NCBI GenBank assembly: GCA_951406725.2
Contig: OX597820.1
Span: 21,514,001 to 21,578,000, forward strand
Length of the DNA: 64,000 nt
Direction of reading: 5' to 3'
Source: Octopus vulgaris
Taxonomy: Eukaryota
Shown here: positions 37,938-51,102 of the stretch, one piece after another
Numbering within the stretch: the first letter of the stretch is position 1
Layout: every line of letters starts with the position of its first letter
The notes under the pieces: generated by a model
What the model saw: only the letters and a program-made list of their open reading frames with translations
Databases searched by the model: none
Told to the model about the DNA's origin: nothing
Translations under genes and position numbers: made by a program

Positions 37938-38397
37938 GTGGATGTGCGTGGCTTAGTGGTTAGGGTGTCAGCATCATGATCGTAAGATTGTGGTTTCAAT
38001 TCCTAAACCGGGCGACGCGTTGTGTTCTTGAGCAAAACACTTCATTTCACGTTGCTCCAGTCCACCCAGCTGGCAAAACTGAGTAACGCTGCGATGGACT
38101 GGTGTCCCGTTCAGCTCGGGAACGCATACGCCATAGAAACCGGGAAACCAGGCCCATGAGCCTGGCTAGGCTTTAAAAAATTGCGCATTTATTTAATTTT
38201 TTTACACAATGTGTTTCCCAGCTGTACGGGACGCCAGTCCATCGCAGCGTTACTCATTTTTGCCAGCAGAGTGGACTGGAGTAACGTGAAATGAAGTGTT
38301 TTGCTCAAGAATACAACGCGTTGCCCGGTCCAGGAATCGAAACCACAATCTTACGATCACGATGCTGACACCCTAACCACTAAGTCACGCGCCTCCA
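37938..38397. mobile_element. Two tail-to-tail inverted copies of SINE family B (V-domain-like)
   Basis: 37938-38190 (+) and 38218-38397 (-); gctgcgatggactggcgtcccgtccag segment resembles the V-SINE domain. Confidence 0.9.
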
Positions 38398-38831
38398 TAT
38401 TGCTAAATATTGGTGGTAAATAATTAAAATTTTACAAACAACACAGGAAGTAAACCTTTTAAATTTATTTTTATAGTAATGTGAAGTAAACATCTAAACT
38501 TCAAAGAAATCGTTATTCATTACTCTCATCAACAGGTTAATGTACTTTCACACATTATACAAGAATATAAATTATATAATTATAAACAAAGTATATGATT
38601 TATTTAGAGAAAAAGCGATACTGAATATTGTTTTTGACAGTGGAATGTGAAGTAGATAAAGCTATAAATAATAACGTTTAGAGATTGGGTCAAAATATAT
38701 TTGGGCGAGAGAAGTCGAAGGCCACTCATGGGTCTGAAGCCTATATATTCTCTATCCATGTCAGACGTTCTACCATTGTACCAAAGTGATCCGGTGAATA
38801 CTGAATGTTTTCGTTTTGTACTGTTTTTATT

Positions 38832-39085
38832 GTGGAGGCGCGTGGATTAGTGGTTAGGGTGTCAGCACCATGATCGTAAGATTGTGGTTTCGATTCCTGG
38901 ACCGGGCGTCGCGTTGTGTTCCTGAGCAAAACACTTCATTTCACGCTGCTCTAGTCTACTCAGCTGGCAAAAATGAGTAACGCTGCGATGGACTGGCGTC
39001 CCGTCCAGCTGGGGAACACATACACCATTGAAACCGGGAAACCGGACCCATGAGCCTGGTTAGGCTTTAAAAAGGGCGCATTTAT
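38832..39085 (+). mobile_element. SINE family B
   Basis: gtggaggcgcgtgg.ttagtggttagggtgtcagca head; near-identical to 37938 and 42748. Confidence 0.9.
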
Positions 39086-39474
39086 TATTTTTGTTTACTG
39101 CTTTTATTAGAAACAATAGATTGCTTATGTTAAACATTATTAATATTTGGTCTGGACAGAAATTTTAAATATATAGAACCTTAGTTACATCCTTTACTTT
39201 TTTAAAGCAGTTGTAACCTTCTGACTTGACACCATTACACATCTATCTTGGAACTGAAGATGTTTACATATTCGCTATTAGTCAAATATATGGTAAGTTA
39301 TGAGGAAATACGTATTTAAAAGCTTACTTTCATTCATAACTGTTCTCAGATTCAACATGATACATTTCATAGAATATTTTTTTTTTTTGAGAAAAGAAAT
39401 TCTATTTAATACTCTTTAAAAATACTGAACTTATTTTGAAAAATAATATTTGTTAATGTTTACCATAACTTGTA

Positions 39475-39616
39475 GGCGTAGGAGTGGCTTACCAACCACA
39501 TGGTTCCGGGTTCAGTCCCACTGTGTGGCACCTTGGGTAAGTGTCTTCTACTATAGCCTCGGGCCGACCAAAGCCTTGTGAGTGGATTTGGTAAGGAAAA
39601 CTGAAAGAAGCCCGCC

Positions 39617-39656
<40 letters not shown>

Positions 39657-39839
39657 GTGTGTGTATAAGTTTGTGTGTGTCTGTGTTTGTCTCTCCAACA
39701 TCACTTGACCGCTAGTGTGGTTACGTCGCTGTAACTTAGCGGTTCGGCAAAAGAGACCGATAGAATAAGTACTAGGCTTACAAAGAATAAGTCCTGGGGG
39801 TGATTTGCTCGACTAAATGACTGAAACAAGTAAAAGAGT
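39475..39839 (+). mobile_element. SINE family A
   Basis: Similar to 2424-2830, with small deletions. Confidence 0.88.
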
Positions 39840-40212
39840 ATAACTAGAAAATAGGGTTATAGTTCTTTTCTACTATGGTAAATGATATTTTTAATATATT
39901 TTGATTTTGTATTATTTAGGAAAATTTGAGTGGTTAACTAAACTGCATGGCTGCATTTTTTAGCAAACATAATTGATAGTAGTAGGTTGTAACTTGCAAA
40001 ATAAATGTAATCAAACTTTGAGACTGTCAAAACAAAATGGAAGACGTAGATTTCAGCTTGCCTAATACTTAAAGATCATTGGTTTCAGTCATAGAACTTT
40101 GGTTATGCTGGGGTGCTGTCTTTAAGAGTTTAGTCATCCTCAATTAGTCCCAATACTTTTTTCAGGGAGTTGCTAACTTTATTGATCTTTGTTGACCACT
40201 AACTTACAGAAA

Positions 40213-40520
40213 GTGGAGGCACATGGCCTCATGGTTAGAGAAGCGGACTCGCGGTCGAGGGATCGTGGGTTCGAATCTAAGACCGGGCAATGTGTGAGTT
40301 TATGAGCGAAGCACCTAAGCTCCACACGGCTCCGGCAGAAGGTAATGGTGAACTTCTGCTGACTTTTTTGCCACAACTTTCTCTCACTCTTTTCCCCCGC
40401 ATCTTGCTGCTCACCTGCGACGGATCGGCATCCTGTCCATGTGGGGAACCTATACGCTAAGGAAACCGGGAAACCGGCACTTATAAGCTAGGTGTGGCTC
40501 GAGAAGGAACAAACAACAGC
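40213..40520 (+). mobile_element. SINE, family D-like head with V-like tail
   Basis: Sister of 33885-34177; caacaacagcaac tail. Confidence 0.82.
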
Positions 40521-40681
40521 AACAAGTTAGAGAACACAATGGGAACATGTGCGCGAGTGGAATGTACCTATACGCCCGCGCACACATATAAGTGCGTATA
40601 TATGTGGTCTAAATATCTTTGTTGTTTATATTTATACACATAAACGACAACATACTTTATAAACAATTTTGTAGTAAGTTG

Positions 40682-41038
40682 TGACCCCCTTCGGTCATGA
40701 ATGACCATGGGATTGCACCTAGAAAGTTACCCTCCGAGGCACAAGTCTGGGCAAGGTTATTTATGGAAGACCAGCAGTCGCCCGTGCATACCAGCCTCCC
40801 CTCTCTACGCCACCGATGTTGTCCAAGGGAAAGGCAAAGGTCGATACAGCTTGGCACCAGTGACGTCGCAGCTCATTTATTAACAGAAACAGGAAGAAAG
40901 AGTGAGAGAAAGTTGTGGTGAAAGAGTACAGCAGGGTATTCGCTCAATAAACACTCACAATGCCCGGTCTGGGAATCGAAACCGCGATCCTACGACCGCG
41001 AGTCCGCTGCCCTAACCACTGGGCCATTGCGCCTCCAC
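40682..41038 (-). mobile_element. Composite SINE (family D head plus family C tail)
   Basis: Same D+C arrangement as 13595-14118, with internal deletions. Confidence 0.82.
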
Positions 41039-41627
41039 TTTTATAAACAATATGTTCATGATTACACACATGCACACACGTGTGCACATGCGTGTGTGCA
41101 AATAGGGAACAAATTTTCTTCCAAACAAGTTTTATTAAAGACAAGACTGCTTTCGTGTTTTATCTTTATTATCAAATATTTTCCATCTTTCCTTATTATT
41201 ATTTCGTGTTTAGTTTGAAACAATAGTTCTCTTAAATTAACCCTTCAAAACTTTCTCGACCTCATTATCACAATAAAATGATAATAATGCTATGGTGTAC
41301 GCATACTTTGCAGTAGGTTGCAAAGGATCGTGAAAATACTTATATAACTGATAAAATCGTCATGCTAGATTTAAAATTATTCATGGGTTAACTCTTTGTA
41401 GATTCCTTGTATATCCATTTACATATGCTTTATCTGTGCTTTGATGTTTGGATTGTATTTTGCTATTAGTAATATTCCATAATATTCCATAATAAATCTT
41501 CTCATTTGTGGAATTCTGTATAAAATATGTTGTAGTGTCAATCAGTGTTTTTCTAAATTTTCTTTAGTGAAATGCATTAGAATGAGTTTACAGTGATTTT
41601 TTGAAGTATACTCTACACGTTTTACGC

Positions 41628-41766
41628 TTTGACCGCGGCCATGCTGGAGCACCGCCTTTAGTTGAGCAAATTAACCCCAGGACTTATTTTTTGTAAGCCT
41701 ACTTCTTAAACACACCAGCATCGGTTGTCAAGCGATGTTGGGGGGTGGCAAACACAGACATGCACA

Positions 41767-41838
<72 letters not shown>

Positions 41839-42001
41839 CGACGGGCTTCTTCCAGTTTCCGTCTACCAAATCCACTCATAAGGTTTTGGTCGGCCCGAAG
41901 CTATAATAGAAGACACTTGCCCAAGGTGCCATGCAGTGAGACTGAACCCGGAACCATGTGGTTGGTAAGCAAGCTACTTACCACACAGCCACTCCTGCGC
42001 C
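41628..42001 (-). mobile_element. SINE family A
   Basis: Reverse complement of the family A consensus. Confidence 0.88.
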
Positions 42002-42747
42002 TTTATACATAAACAACCAAAAAGAAAGTGTATTACTTGTGCATCTGGTATAAAAGTTCAAGTCTCGAACTTTTATTCCACTTCCATGTTTATAATGAAA
42101 TTCGCTGGTTGTCTGAAGTATATTTTGCCGTTAGACAAGATGTAGCTTTATGTTAATGGGCATGATTTCCTTTCTTTAATTTTTAAAATATATTCTAACG
42201 ATGTGTTTGTAGTTAGACATGATATTTATGCCACAAACACACAGATAGATGGATAGATTGATAGATAGGGAAATAAACAGACAGGCAGAATACTCGTGTG
42301 TATGTTTGTGTACACAATTGAGGAGCTTCTACACATTTTCCAGGACAAATTCTATTCACACGACTTCAGTCAACCCAAGGTTAGAAAACAATTGTCCAAG
42401 GAGCTGTGCAGGGGCATCGGACTCAAAACCACATGGTAGCGAAGAACGCCTTATTCAAATATCCACATCTGTGACTGTATATATAATGTTATATATACTT
42501 ATGCGGCGTGGAAATAGATGCTAGGGTTAAACTTTGATCAGATAAGCATAGTGCCATAAATCAAAGTCCTTATTTATATATAGCATTATCCATTCTCATT
42601 TTATACTTAATCCTTAATTTCTTCTCTGGATTAACCTTTCAATTGTACCATTTTATTATTTAAGTACAATTCAGTGTTTTATTTGAGGAAAAGCAAAAAT
42701 ATTTGTGATGTAGACGTTAAAAAAATAACTGACATTACACAATTAAT

Positions 42748-43005
42748 TGTGGAGGCGCGTGGCTTAGTGGTTAGGGTGTCAGCATCATGATCGTAAGATT
42801 GTGACTTCGATTCCTGGAGCGGACGACGCGTTGTGTTCTTGAGCAAAACACTTCATTTCACGTTGCTCCAGTCCACTCAGCAGGCAAAAATGAGTAACGC
42901 TGCGATGGACTGGCGTCCCGTTCAGTTGGGGAACACATACGCCATAGAAACCGGGAAATCGGGCCCATGAGCCCTGCTAGGCTTTAAAAAGAGCGCATTT
43001 ATTTA
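42748..43005 (+). mobile_element. SINE family B
   Basis: Near-identical to 38832-39085. Confidence 0.9.
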
Positions 43006-43309
43006 TTTATTTTTTACACAATTAATAAAAATACATTTAATTATGACAGTATAATTAATATAATTTATTTTAATGATTTCGAGGTGCGTTCATCATTAAA
43101 ATTTAATAATTATTTTGTAGATAGAAAGAAACAAATTTTTTAAAGTATAAACCTAAACTCCAAAGAAATATTAATCTGAGTACATGCCCACAATCCTTAG
43201 TGAGCAGAAAGTGACGATAGAAATGTTAATTTGACGGAAATGTTAGTATTCATTGCCTTCTCTTTCTCTTCAAAACCAGCTAAATCGACAGGGTTAATGT
43301 TCTTCTTAA

Positions 43310-43830
43310 ATAATTGCAAGTTGCTGGCTGAATTTATAATATGAGCAGGGAGGGAATTCCAGAGGACCGACGTTGTGAGGAAAAAACCGACTGAATGTAG
43401 TGATTAGTGTGGGGATTGGGTGTTACGATATGAGTGCCTAGCTAAGAAGAAATGAATGAATTGATAGTCCCTGAGAGGAGTTAGTAGGAAAGTAGTCAAC
43501 TCTAAGGATCAGAGGCCAATGTAATAGCAGTAAAAAGAAAGAAAATGGAAAAAGGATAGACAACAGTGTTTGTGAACCAAACATTGGGGTGTTGGTCAAC
43601 GACTGCATGCCAATCAGTCAAACGAGCTTTTGGGTATATGCAGTCTTGTATGTTTGTATGAATGGAAGCAGTAGTCTCTTATTGGCCTCACTTTGTCTTC
43701 GTATAGTTTCAGCAGTTAATGAGGTGCTGGTGTTATGAGACAGGATTTCAGCACAAACTCACCAAACTTTTGTTTTAAATTAATTTTCAAGGAGGAATCT
43801 AAGAATTTGCCAACAGGTGGAGATTAAAGA
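43310..43830 (-). mobile_element. Degenerate CR1/L2/Jockey-type LINE 3' fragment
   Basis: The minus strand encodes an LWNSLP motif (ctctggaattccctccct), typical of the RT C-terminus; many stops. Confidence 0.5.
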
Positions 43831-44449
43831 TAGTTTTGTAAAGCACCCTCTTTTTCATAATAAACCACCACCATAAATCCCTAGACATTATTGTCCGCAG
43901 TCCCAGGAATTATAATGCCTGTTACCAGGTTTCTATGGTGTATAAGGGATTGCTATCACATCTCCCCTAAAAGTGATACCAGTAACAAGGTTACTCGTTT
44001 ATTGCTGAGTGAATTGGAGCAACATGAAATGAAGTGTTTTGCTCAAGAACACAACGCAGGACCCAGTCCAGAAATCGAATCAGTGACCTTGTGATCTTGA
44101 GTACAGCATCCAAAGCCACGTATCTTCACTCATTATAATACAATTACAAGGAAATTTGATAAAATATTGCGGTATTAAAAGTATTAAGTGTAAAGCTTTT
44201 TAGAATTACATATTTAATGAAGCAAGTTTTCTAATTCTGCATAAGTGAGCAGATTCTTTTTATCTTGGAAATATTCAGTGTCATGCAATGGCAATTTATG
44301 TGGACATCACTATGAAAAGGGTTACCATAAAATGCTTTAATTACTTCCATTTTCAGAGAGACTTGGATGATAAGATCAAGAAATATACAATAGTTCAAAT
44401 GGAGATCAATTTGAAACTTATCTTTTATATGTTTCAATATTCTGAATAC

Positions 44450-44767
44450 GACCATGCTGGGGCCTACCTTGAAGGATATTAGTCGAACAAATCGATCCCA
44501 GTACTTACTTTAAGCCCAATACTTATTCTATCAGTCTCTTTTGTGGAGATGCTAAGTTACGGGTACGTAAACATACCAAAACTGGGTGCCAGATACAGAG
44601 TCTCTCTCTCTCTCACACACACACACACATGACGTGCTTCTTATCTGCCAAATCCTCCCACAAAGCGCTTGTTAGCCTGGAGCTTTAGTAGAGGATACTT
44701 GCCCACGGTGCCACCTAGTGGGACTGAACAATCTGGCTGGGAAGCAAACTTCTTACCACACAGCCAC
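44450..44767 (-). mobile_element. Diverged SINE family A
   Basis: cttcttaccacacagccac head (reverse complement) and tail similarity. Confidence 0.75.
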
Positions 44768-45336
44768 GAATGCACTTTATATAAACTTCTTATATTTTGA
44801 AATGTTATGACATTTGTTTCTGACCAGCTTTTAATTTCCCATTATTTCTTATATTATTATTATTATTAATAGAACTTCCACTATTTATTTATTTATTTAT
44901 GCTTCAAATACTTAGAGCCCCGTAGCGGACAGTTAAAACAAGGGAGACAACCATAATATTTGGCGGGATTAGAAGTTTGAATTTAAAATTCCGAAGTAAG
45001 GAAGATGCACAGAATATATGAATTTAAATTTTTTGCTAACTTACTACAAAGTTCAAACAAGATTGATTTGCTCAAGAAATCATAAAACCCCAGTTCTGAA
45101 TATTTAAAAAAAACACGTCTGCTTTTAAATAGTCTAATAGTCTACATTAATCACAGGAAAGTATCCTTTTTACGTTTTCGTTAAGCAACATGTTAATATG
45201 GGAAAAGAAACATAAGAAAATAAGGATGTTAGATATATTATATATATATTTAGATTCAGATGAATATGGTACTTAAGTTGAGGCACCAGAATTTATCACG
45301 GTATTATCCATACAATTTCAAAATAAGGTGATTAAA

Positions 45337-45502
45337 ATCAAAATAAGCAACAAGGATATCCAGAGGTAATGCAGTGCGATCATTTCATGAAGATTGCTCT
45401 ACATTTTAAGTTGATGTAATGAAATGATTGCATTGTTCAATTAAATGGAGTTGCATGAAACGATCGTACTGCATTACCTCTGGATATCCTTGTTGCTTAT
45501 TT

Positions 45503-45506
<4 letters not shown>
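45337..45506. repeat. Fold-back element (53-bp arms) containing a GAAACGATCGTA hammerhead-like 3' half
   Basis: 45337-45389 versus 45454-45506; abuts (TA)n. Confidence 0.88.
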
Positions 45507-45554
<48 letters not shown>

Positions 45555-45581
45555 GTGATGTTTTCAGTTAAATGTACTCAC

Positions 45582-45597
45582 TGATTTTGGGCTCCTC
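45582..45597 (-). CDS. 16-nt microexon, phase 1->2 (G-A-Q-N-Q linker)
   Basis: Minus strand TCTTTTGCAG|GAGGAGCCCAAAATCA|GTGAGTAC; the phase-2 end fits the phase-2 start of exon 35703-35845. Confidence 0.6.
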
Positions 45598-45810
45598 CTG
45601 CAAAAGATAAATAAACAATTTGTTAATAATATGATAACAAAAGAAAAGTAATAGTGAAACATCTCAAGACAGAATATTAAATATACTTTTATGTCAATGG
45701 TTTGAACAAGAAAAAACAAACTTTTATACCTTGAACTATGCAAGTAAATAAAAAATGTAATGACTATATAAATATAAAATTGCTATATGTAAATATGCAT
45801 ATCATGTGTT

Positions 45811-45878
<68 letters not shown>

Positions 45879-46090
45879 GTATGTATTTATGTATAAACAC
45901 ACACATATGTATCTTACAATCTAACAATCGTTTAATTAGTTGGACATTTAACTAATTGACTAACAATAAAGGAGTGAAATTGAACTAGAGCGTGTTTTAC
46001 TAATATTGGCATAATGACTCTCCCTAGACACAACAAAATTTGTTTCAACACTCGAATTCACATAAAGAATCTTGTAAACCAGATGCAAAA

Positions 46091-46130
<40 letters not shown>

Positions 46131-46874
46131 ACTCGTTTGACAGTTCAATATATATTCTATGTATAAATGGCCCACTACCAAACTTAACATATAGTTATTT
46201 ATTTAAGATATGTATAAAAAAAAAAGACAACAGAAACCTTATTTAAAATGTAAATTAGAAAGTATAAGCATCTAAAGCTGCTAAACAAGATTACAGAAAT
46301 ATTTGTAATAGGGTTTATGCTTATTTATATACAGTATGTAATCATTTTTTTAGAGCCTTTCTAGTTTGCGAATCCATGTTCTTTGCTATGATCATTAAGC
46401 AGAAAAACGATGAGTAATATAGCCAAATTTTCCTTAGAAAGTTATTATGATTTATTTTTATCGATTTCATTATAGGAATGAATAGATAGTGTTTAGTTCA
46501 ATCATTATAGAAAATATGAATCTAAGAAGGAAAATATTAGTATTTTAAAGAAAAATATTATCAAAACGTTTTTATATAATACTATGTATTGCTCTCTACA
46601 ATACTTTGTTTCAAGCATAAAGTACATGCATGCATGTATATATGTATGTATACATATACATATACACACATATAAACATAACATATATACTTATTTATAT
46701 AGTAGGATCAAGAATGGAGGTGATTGTATTACATCTATTCATTCATTTTGATCGTTTCAACAATTCAATGAGAGGTCCGGTGCGCAATAACACTGTCGAG
46801 AGGAGGGTCTCGAAATGGCGCACATTCTCCCCTGATGACTCCAGAAACTTGCTAGTATCCAGTATGCGGATCTT

Positions 46875-47290
46875 ATTTCTTTATGGCCCTCAATGGGCTA
46901 AACATAGAGAGGACAAAGAAGGACAGACAAACGGATTAAGTCGATTACATCGACCCCAGTGCGTAACTGGTACTTATTTAATCGAACTCCGAAAGGATGA
47001 ACGGCAAAGTCGACCTCGGCGGAATTTGAACTCAGAACGTAACGGGAAACGAAATACCTACTTCTTTACTACCCACAAGGGGCTAAACACAGAAGGGACA
47101 AACAAGGACAGACAAACGGATTAAGTCGATTACATCGACCCCAGTGCGTAACTGTTACTGAATTTATCGACCCTGAAAGGATGAAAGGCAAAGTCGACCT
47201 CGGCGGAATTTGAACTCAGAACGTAACGGCAGACGAAATACTGCTAAGCATTTCGCCCGGCGTGCTAACGTTTCTACCTGCTCGCCGCCT
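46875..47290 (-). mobile_element. Tandem dimer of SINE family E (Meta-domain-like) with ~19-bp TSD
   Basis: TSD tatc(c/t)agtatgcggatctt at 46856-46874 and 47291-47309; minus strand aaggcggcgagc...gttagcacgccgggcg...gagttcaaattcc...gtcgactttgcctttcatcctttc. Confidence 0.9.
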
Positions 47291-47709
47291 TATCTAGTAT
47301 GCGGATCTTTCAACTGGTAGCACTTGCACCAGCAAGTTGTTTTTTTAAAAAAAAATAATGATTTTCTTTGTACGTGTTAGCATTCATTATATTCTTTCTA
47401 ACGAATGAAATAATTCACCGGACATTCGAAAATATTGTCAAATTAAATGTCATAACAAGAAAAATAACCGCGACTCCAACTGTATTGCCAATGGAAACCA
47501 GAAGGAAAAAAAAAACTGAGTCAATCTATATTGATTTTGATATCTATCTCATACGTTCCAGTAATAATATATGAACAACTAATAAAATTAGTAGACCACA
47601 CACTTACTCATAATGAATACATGACATTCGAAAGCAGAACAAATAATTGAGTCAATTTATACCGATTTTGATATCTGTATCGCATATTATAATAACAATT
47701 TAGATACAG

Positions 47710-48078
47710 CATAAAGAAATGTCTCCGGCAGATCCTCCATCTGAAGTGGTTCGACAGAGTGCCAAACACCGATCTGTGGGAAAGGGCCAGCCAGGAGCCC
47801 ATAAATGTTCAGATTAGACGAGGGAAATGGAGATGGATCGGACACACACTGCGGAAAGAACCCCCAAATGTGATACGACAAGCACCTGACTGGAACCCAT
47901 AGGGGAAAAGGAAGCGAGGACGCCAGAAATAGACATGGAAGCGAAGCATTTTGGACGAGCTCAGGTCCACCGGCCTGACATGGGAAGCAGCCAAGAAACA
48001 CGCCAATGACCGCAAAAAGTGGAAAACAACTGTTGAGGCCCTATGCTCCACAAGGGGTAAAAAGGATTAAGAAGAAGA
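47710..48078 (+). mobile_element. RTE-type LINE 3' fragment (second family)
   Basis: CLRQILHLKWFDRVPNTDLW...KWRWIGHTLRK...DWNP*GKRKRGR...DRKKWKTTVEALCSTRG with stops; (aag)n tail. Confidence 0.85.
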
Positions 48079-49077
48079 ATGAACAAAATTAGTAGACCAA
48101 ACACATATTCATAGTGATTAAATGATATTCTGTGAGTTGTGGATCTCCCAGTGCAGCTTGTGACATTGGGTCGTATTGCGTAGGTCAACAACTAACATTG
48201 TTAATTATTTAGAATCAAAACTTGAAAAATATAAGAAAAAATATCTATTCATCTCTAGTTGTATTCGTCAATTGGAACATGGTAATCATATGTGATTTTT
48301 TCGGATTTGAACTCTGTTGGTTGCATCTCATTTAGAAAGACATGCTTTCGCCAAAATTGGAGTCGAAGTTAGTAACTATAGAGTAGATAAACAAAAGAAC
48401 TATGAATCTGCTTAACCTGTGTTTACGACAGTAACGGTTGTATTATAACACATCTGAATGATGTGTATTATGCCATCAACCAGCAAAATTGTCTATTAGC
48501 TTCTAACTTTTTTCAGAAGTGATATGGCATGCTATCTGTAAATATATTTGCCACAATAAAATAAGTACAAAAACTATATTCACGAAATAAACAAACACCT
48601 ATAAAGATATAAGCGGAACAGTATATAATAATAAGAAGAAGAATAGTTTCAAATTTTGGCTCACGACCAACAATTTCTGGCGCGGGAATAATTCGATTAA
48701 GACCCCAGTGATCAATTGGTATTTATTTTATCGACCCAGAAAGGACGAAAGGTAAAGTTGGCCACGGCAGAATTTGAACACAGAATGTAAAGGCCGCTAA
48801 ACATTTTGCCCGACGTGCTTATGATTCTGCCATCGAAGCTTTGGGAATAGTAACAAATGGCACTTTATGGTCAGACAACAGGAAACCCAAAGGCATCAGA
48901 ATTTAAAATGTTCAAATGGGTACTGTTCACACTTGAAGAAAGACACTATCAGCCTGATAATAATATATGAATTCTTGAAACTCTTTCAAAATATTAAATA
49001 TTACCACACTCTGTTAACGAAATCTTAATTCTCGTTATTTGGTCTCAGTCTACTGCTTGAAACAAGTAGAAGATAGA

Positions 49078-49120
<43 letters not shown>

Positions 49121-49275
49121 GGTGTCCATAAATCACCCTTATAATTTGAAAACATCAGGAAAAAAAAATGGGAAGGAAAAATAACTCAACAGAGTTCATT
49201 GGAAAACGTAGCCAAAGTTTTATTATACGCATCTGGAGAGTGTAGCAGTAATTTTCTTGTATACGTACGCATACG

Positions 49276-49328
<53 letters not shown>

Positions 49329-49629
49329 CTTTTTAGGAACGGTAAATCTTCAAGCGGTTTACGTTATTGTTTATAGCTTTATTTGCTTCAAGAAGCACTG
49401 TTCCTAAAGAGAATTATGTCATGTTTTCGAAATTCCTAAATTCTTAAGATGTCAATTATAGACAGACAGACAGATAGACAGATACATAGATGTATCCACT
49501 CTATAATTCTTAAATTACTATATATATGATGTGCCTGCGTGCGTCCATGCGTGTTCTTTCTGGCTTTGCTTCTTGGGTTTCTTATCTTTCCATTACTTTA
49601 ACCGTTTCAGCTTTAGAATACTTCTAAAT

Positions 49630-49857
49630 ATTGTTTTCAAATTTTGGCTCAAAGCCAGCAAAATCGGAGAAGGGCATAAGTCGATCGCATCGACAGACCC
49701 CCAGTACTCAACTGATGCTTATTTTATCGGCCCCGAAAGGATGAAAAGCAAAGTAGACCCCGGCAGCATTTCAACACAGAACGTAAGGACGGGCGAAATC
49801 ACGCTAGGCATAGTGCCCCGTGCTAACGATTCTGTCAGTTCGCCGCCTTTGGTATGA

Positions 49858-49920
<63 letters not shown>

Positions 49921-50380
49921 TGATGATGATCCTTCCTACTAAAGGCACAAGGCCTGGAATTTGGGTGGAGGGAGAGGACTAGTCGATTAGATCGTCCCTA
50001 GTATTTAACTGGCACTTATTTTGTCGACACCGAAAAGATGAAAGGCAAAGTCGACTTCGGCGGAATTTGAACTCAAAACGTAAAGACGGACGAAATGCCG
50101 CTAAGCATTTCACTCGGCGTGCTAACGGTTCTGCCAGCTCACCGCCTAAATATATTTCTAACTATTCTTTTCTGCTCAAACCACAAAGCCCGAAATTTCT
50201 GGAGAGGGGGCTAGTCGATTAGATCAACGCCAGTGCGCAACTGGTACTTAGTTTATCGACCCAGAAAGGATGAAAGGAAAAGTCGGCCTTAGTGGAATTT
50301 GAACTCAGAACGTAAAGACGGACGAAACGCCGCTAAACATTTCACTCGGCGTGCTAACGATTCTGCCAGCTCTCTGCCTT
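49630..50380 (-). mobile_element. Three tandem SINE family E copies
   Basis: Repeated cgaaaggatgaaaggcaaagtcgac...gtgctaacgattctgccagctc; further copies at 48645-48830, 50827-51080, 53570-53828, 54310-54966, 58980-59460, 62760-62905. Confidence 0.88.
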
Positions 50381-50758
50381 AACACATTTCTAAATATTGC
50401 CACTTATTCATAACAAAACATAACTTTCATGTGTGCAGCGGTTTGTATATTTATTTATATACGTACTGACACTGTTTAACGTAGTTTCACGTTGTATTCA
50501 GCTACCCATCGATCACAATGGAACCAGTATTTATAATTAGCTATGCTCAGGCTAAACCTGACAATCTTTATCTATATATATGTAGCCAGTCGCCTGAAGA
50601 AATTATGAAGAATTTCCTGGTTTTCGTCTTCCGTTAATAATTTTGAAGCTCTGTGCCAACACAGATAGGTGGTATTATTTATAACTCATATTTTGTTTCA
50701 GCATTGAACTCGCTCCTGGAGAGTGTTTGTAATCAAAGAATACATAGTCATACACACG

Positions 50759-50797
<39 letters not shown>

Positions 50798-51102
50798 AAA
50801 TATATGTGTGCGTATGTAAATATATATTTCTTTACTACCCACAAGGGGCTAAACACAGAGGGGACAAACAAGGAAAGACAAATGGATTTAGTCGATTACA
50901 TCGACCCCAGTGCGTAACTGGTGCTTAATTTAATCGACCCCGAAAGGGTGAAAGGCAAAGTCGACCTCGGCGGATTTTGAACTCAGAATGTAACGACAGA
51001 CGAAATACGGATACGCATTTCGCCCGGCGTGCTAACGATTCTGCCAGCTCGCCGCCTTCGTTTCTGCCAGCTCGCCGCCTTAAATATATACGTATATACA
51101 CA

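Larger units (their letters stand above)
1140..45597 (-). other. Multi-exon gene (partial): N-terminal part of twitchin/projectin-like (UNC-22-like) Ig-domain giant muscle protein
   Basis: 16 exons with GT-AG boundaries and consistent phases give ~842 codons: six I-set Ig domains (P-x-F-T-x-K-P ... C ... W ... D-[AG]-G-x-Y-K ... N-x-x-G-E ... LNF), then KE-rich and PEK-rich segments. The Ig type resembles the N-terminal Igs of twitchin/projectin. No Fn3 or kinase exons are in the window, so the name is an inference. Confidence 0.8.

Noticed and set aside
38832-38905. tRNA genes at SINE heads
   Set aside because: The tRNA-like heads continue into SINE bodies and lack a complete acceptor stem; no true tRNA gene is supported
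46832-46856. CTGATGACTCCAGAAACTTGCT as a hammerhead
   Set aside because: No convincing stem II or stem I, and the putative stem III is interrupted by a SINE insertion
46630-47124. 164-aa ORF
   Set aside because: Runs through a microsatellite and antisense SINE sequence; no domain features
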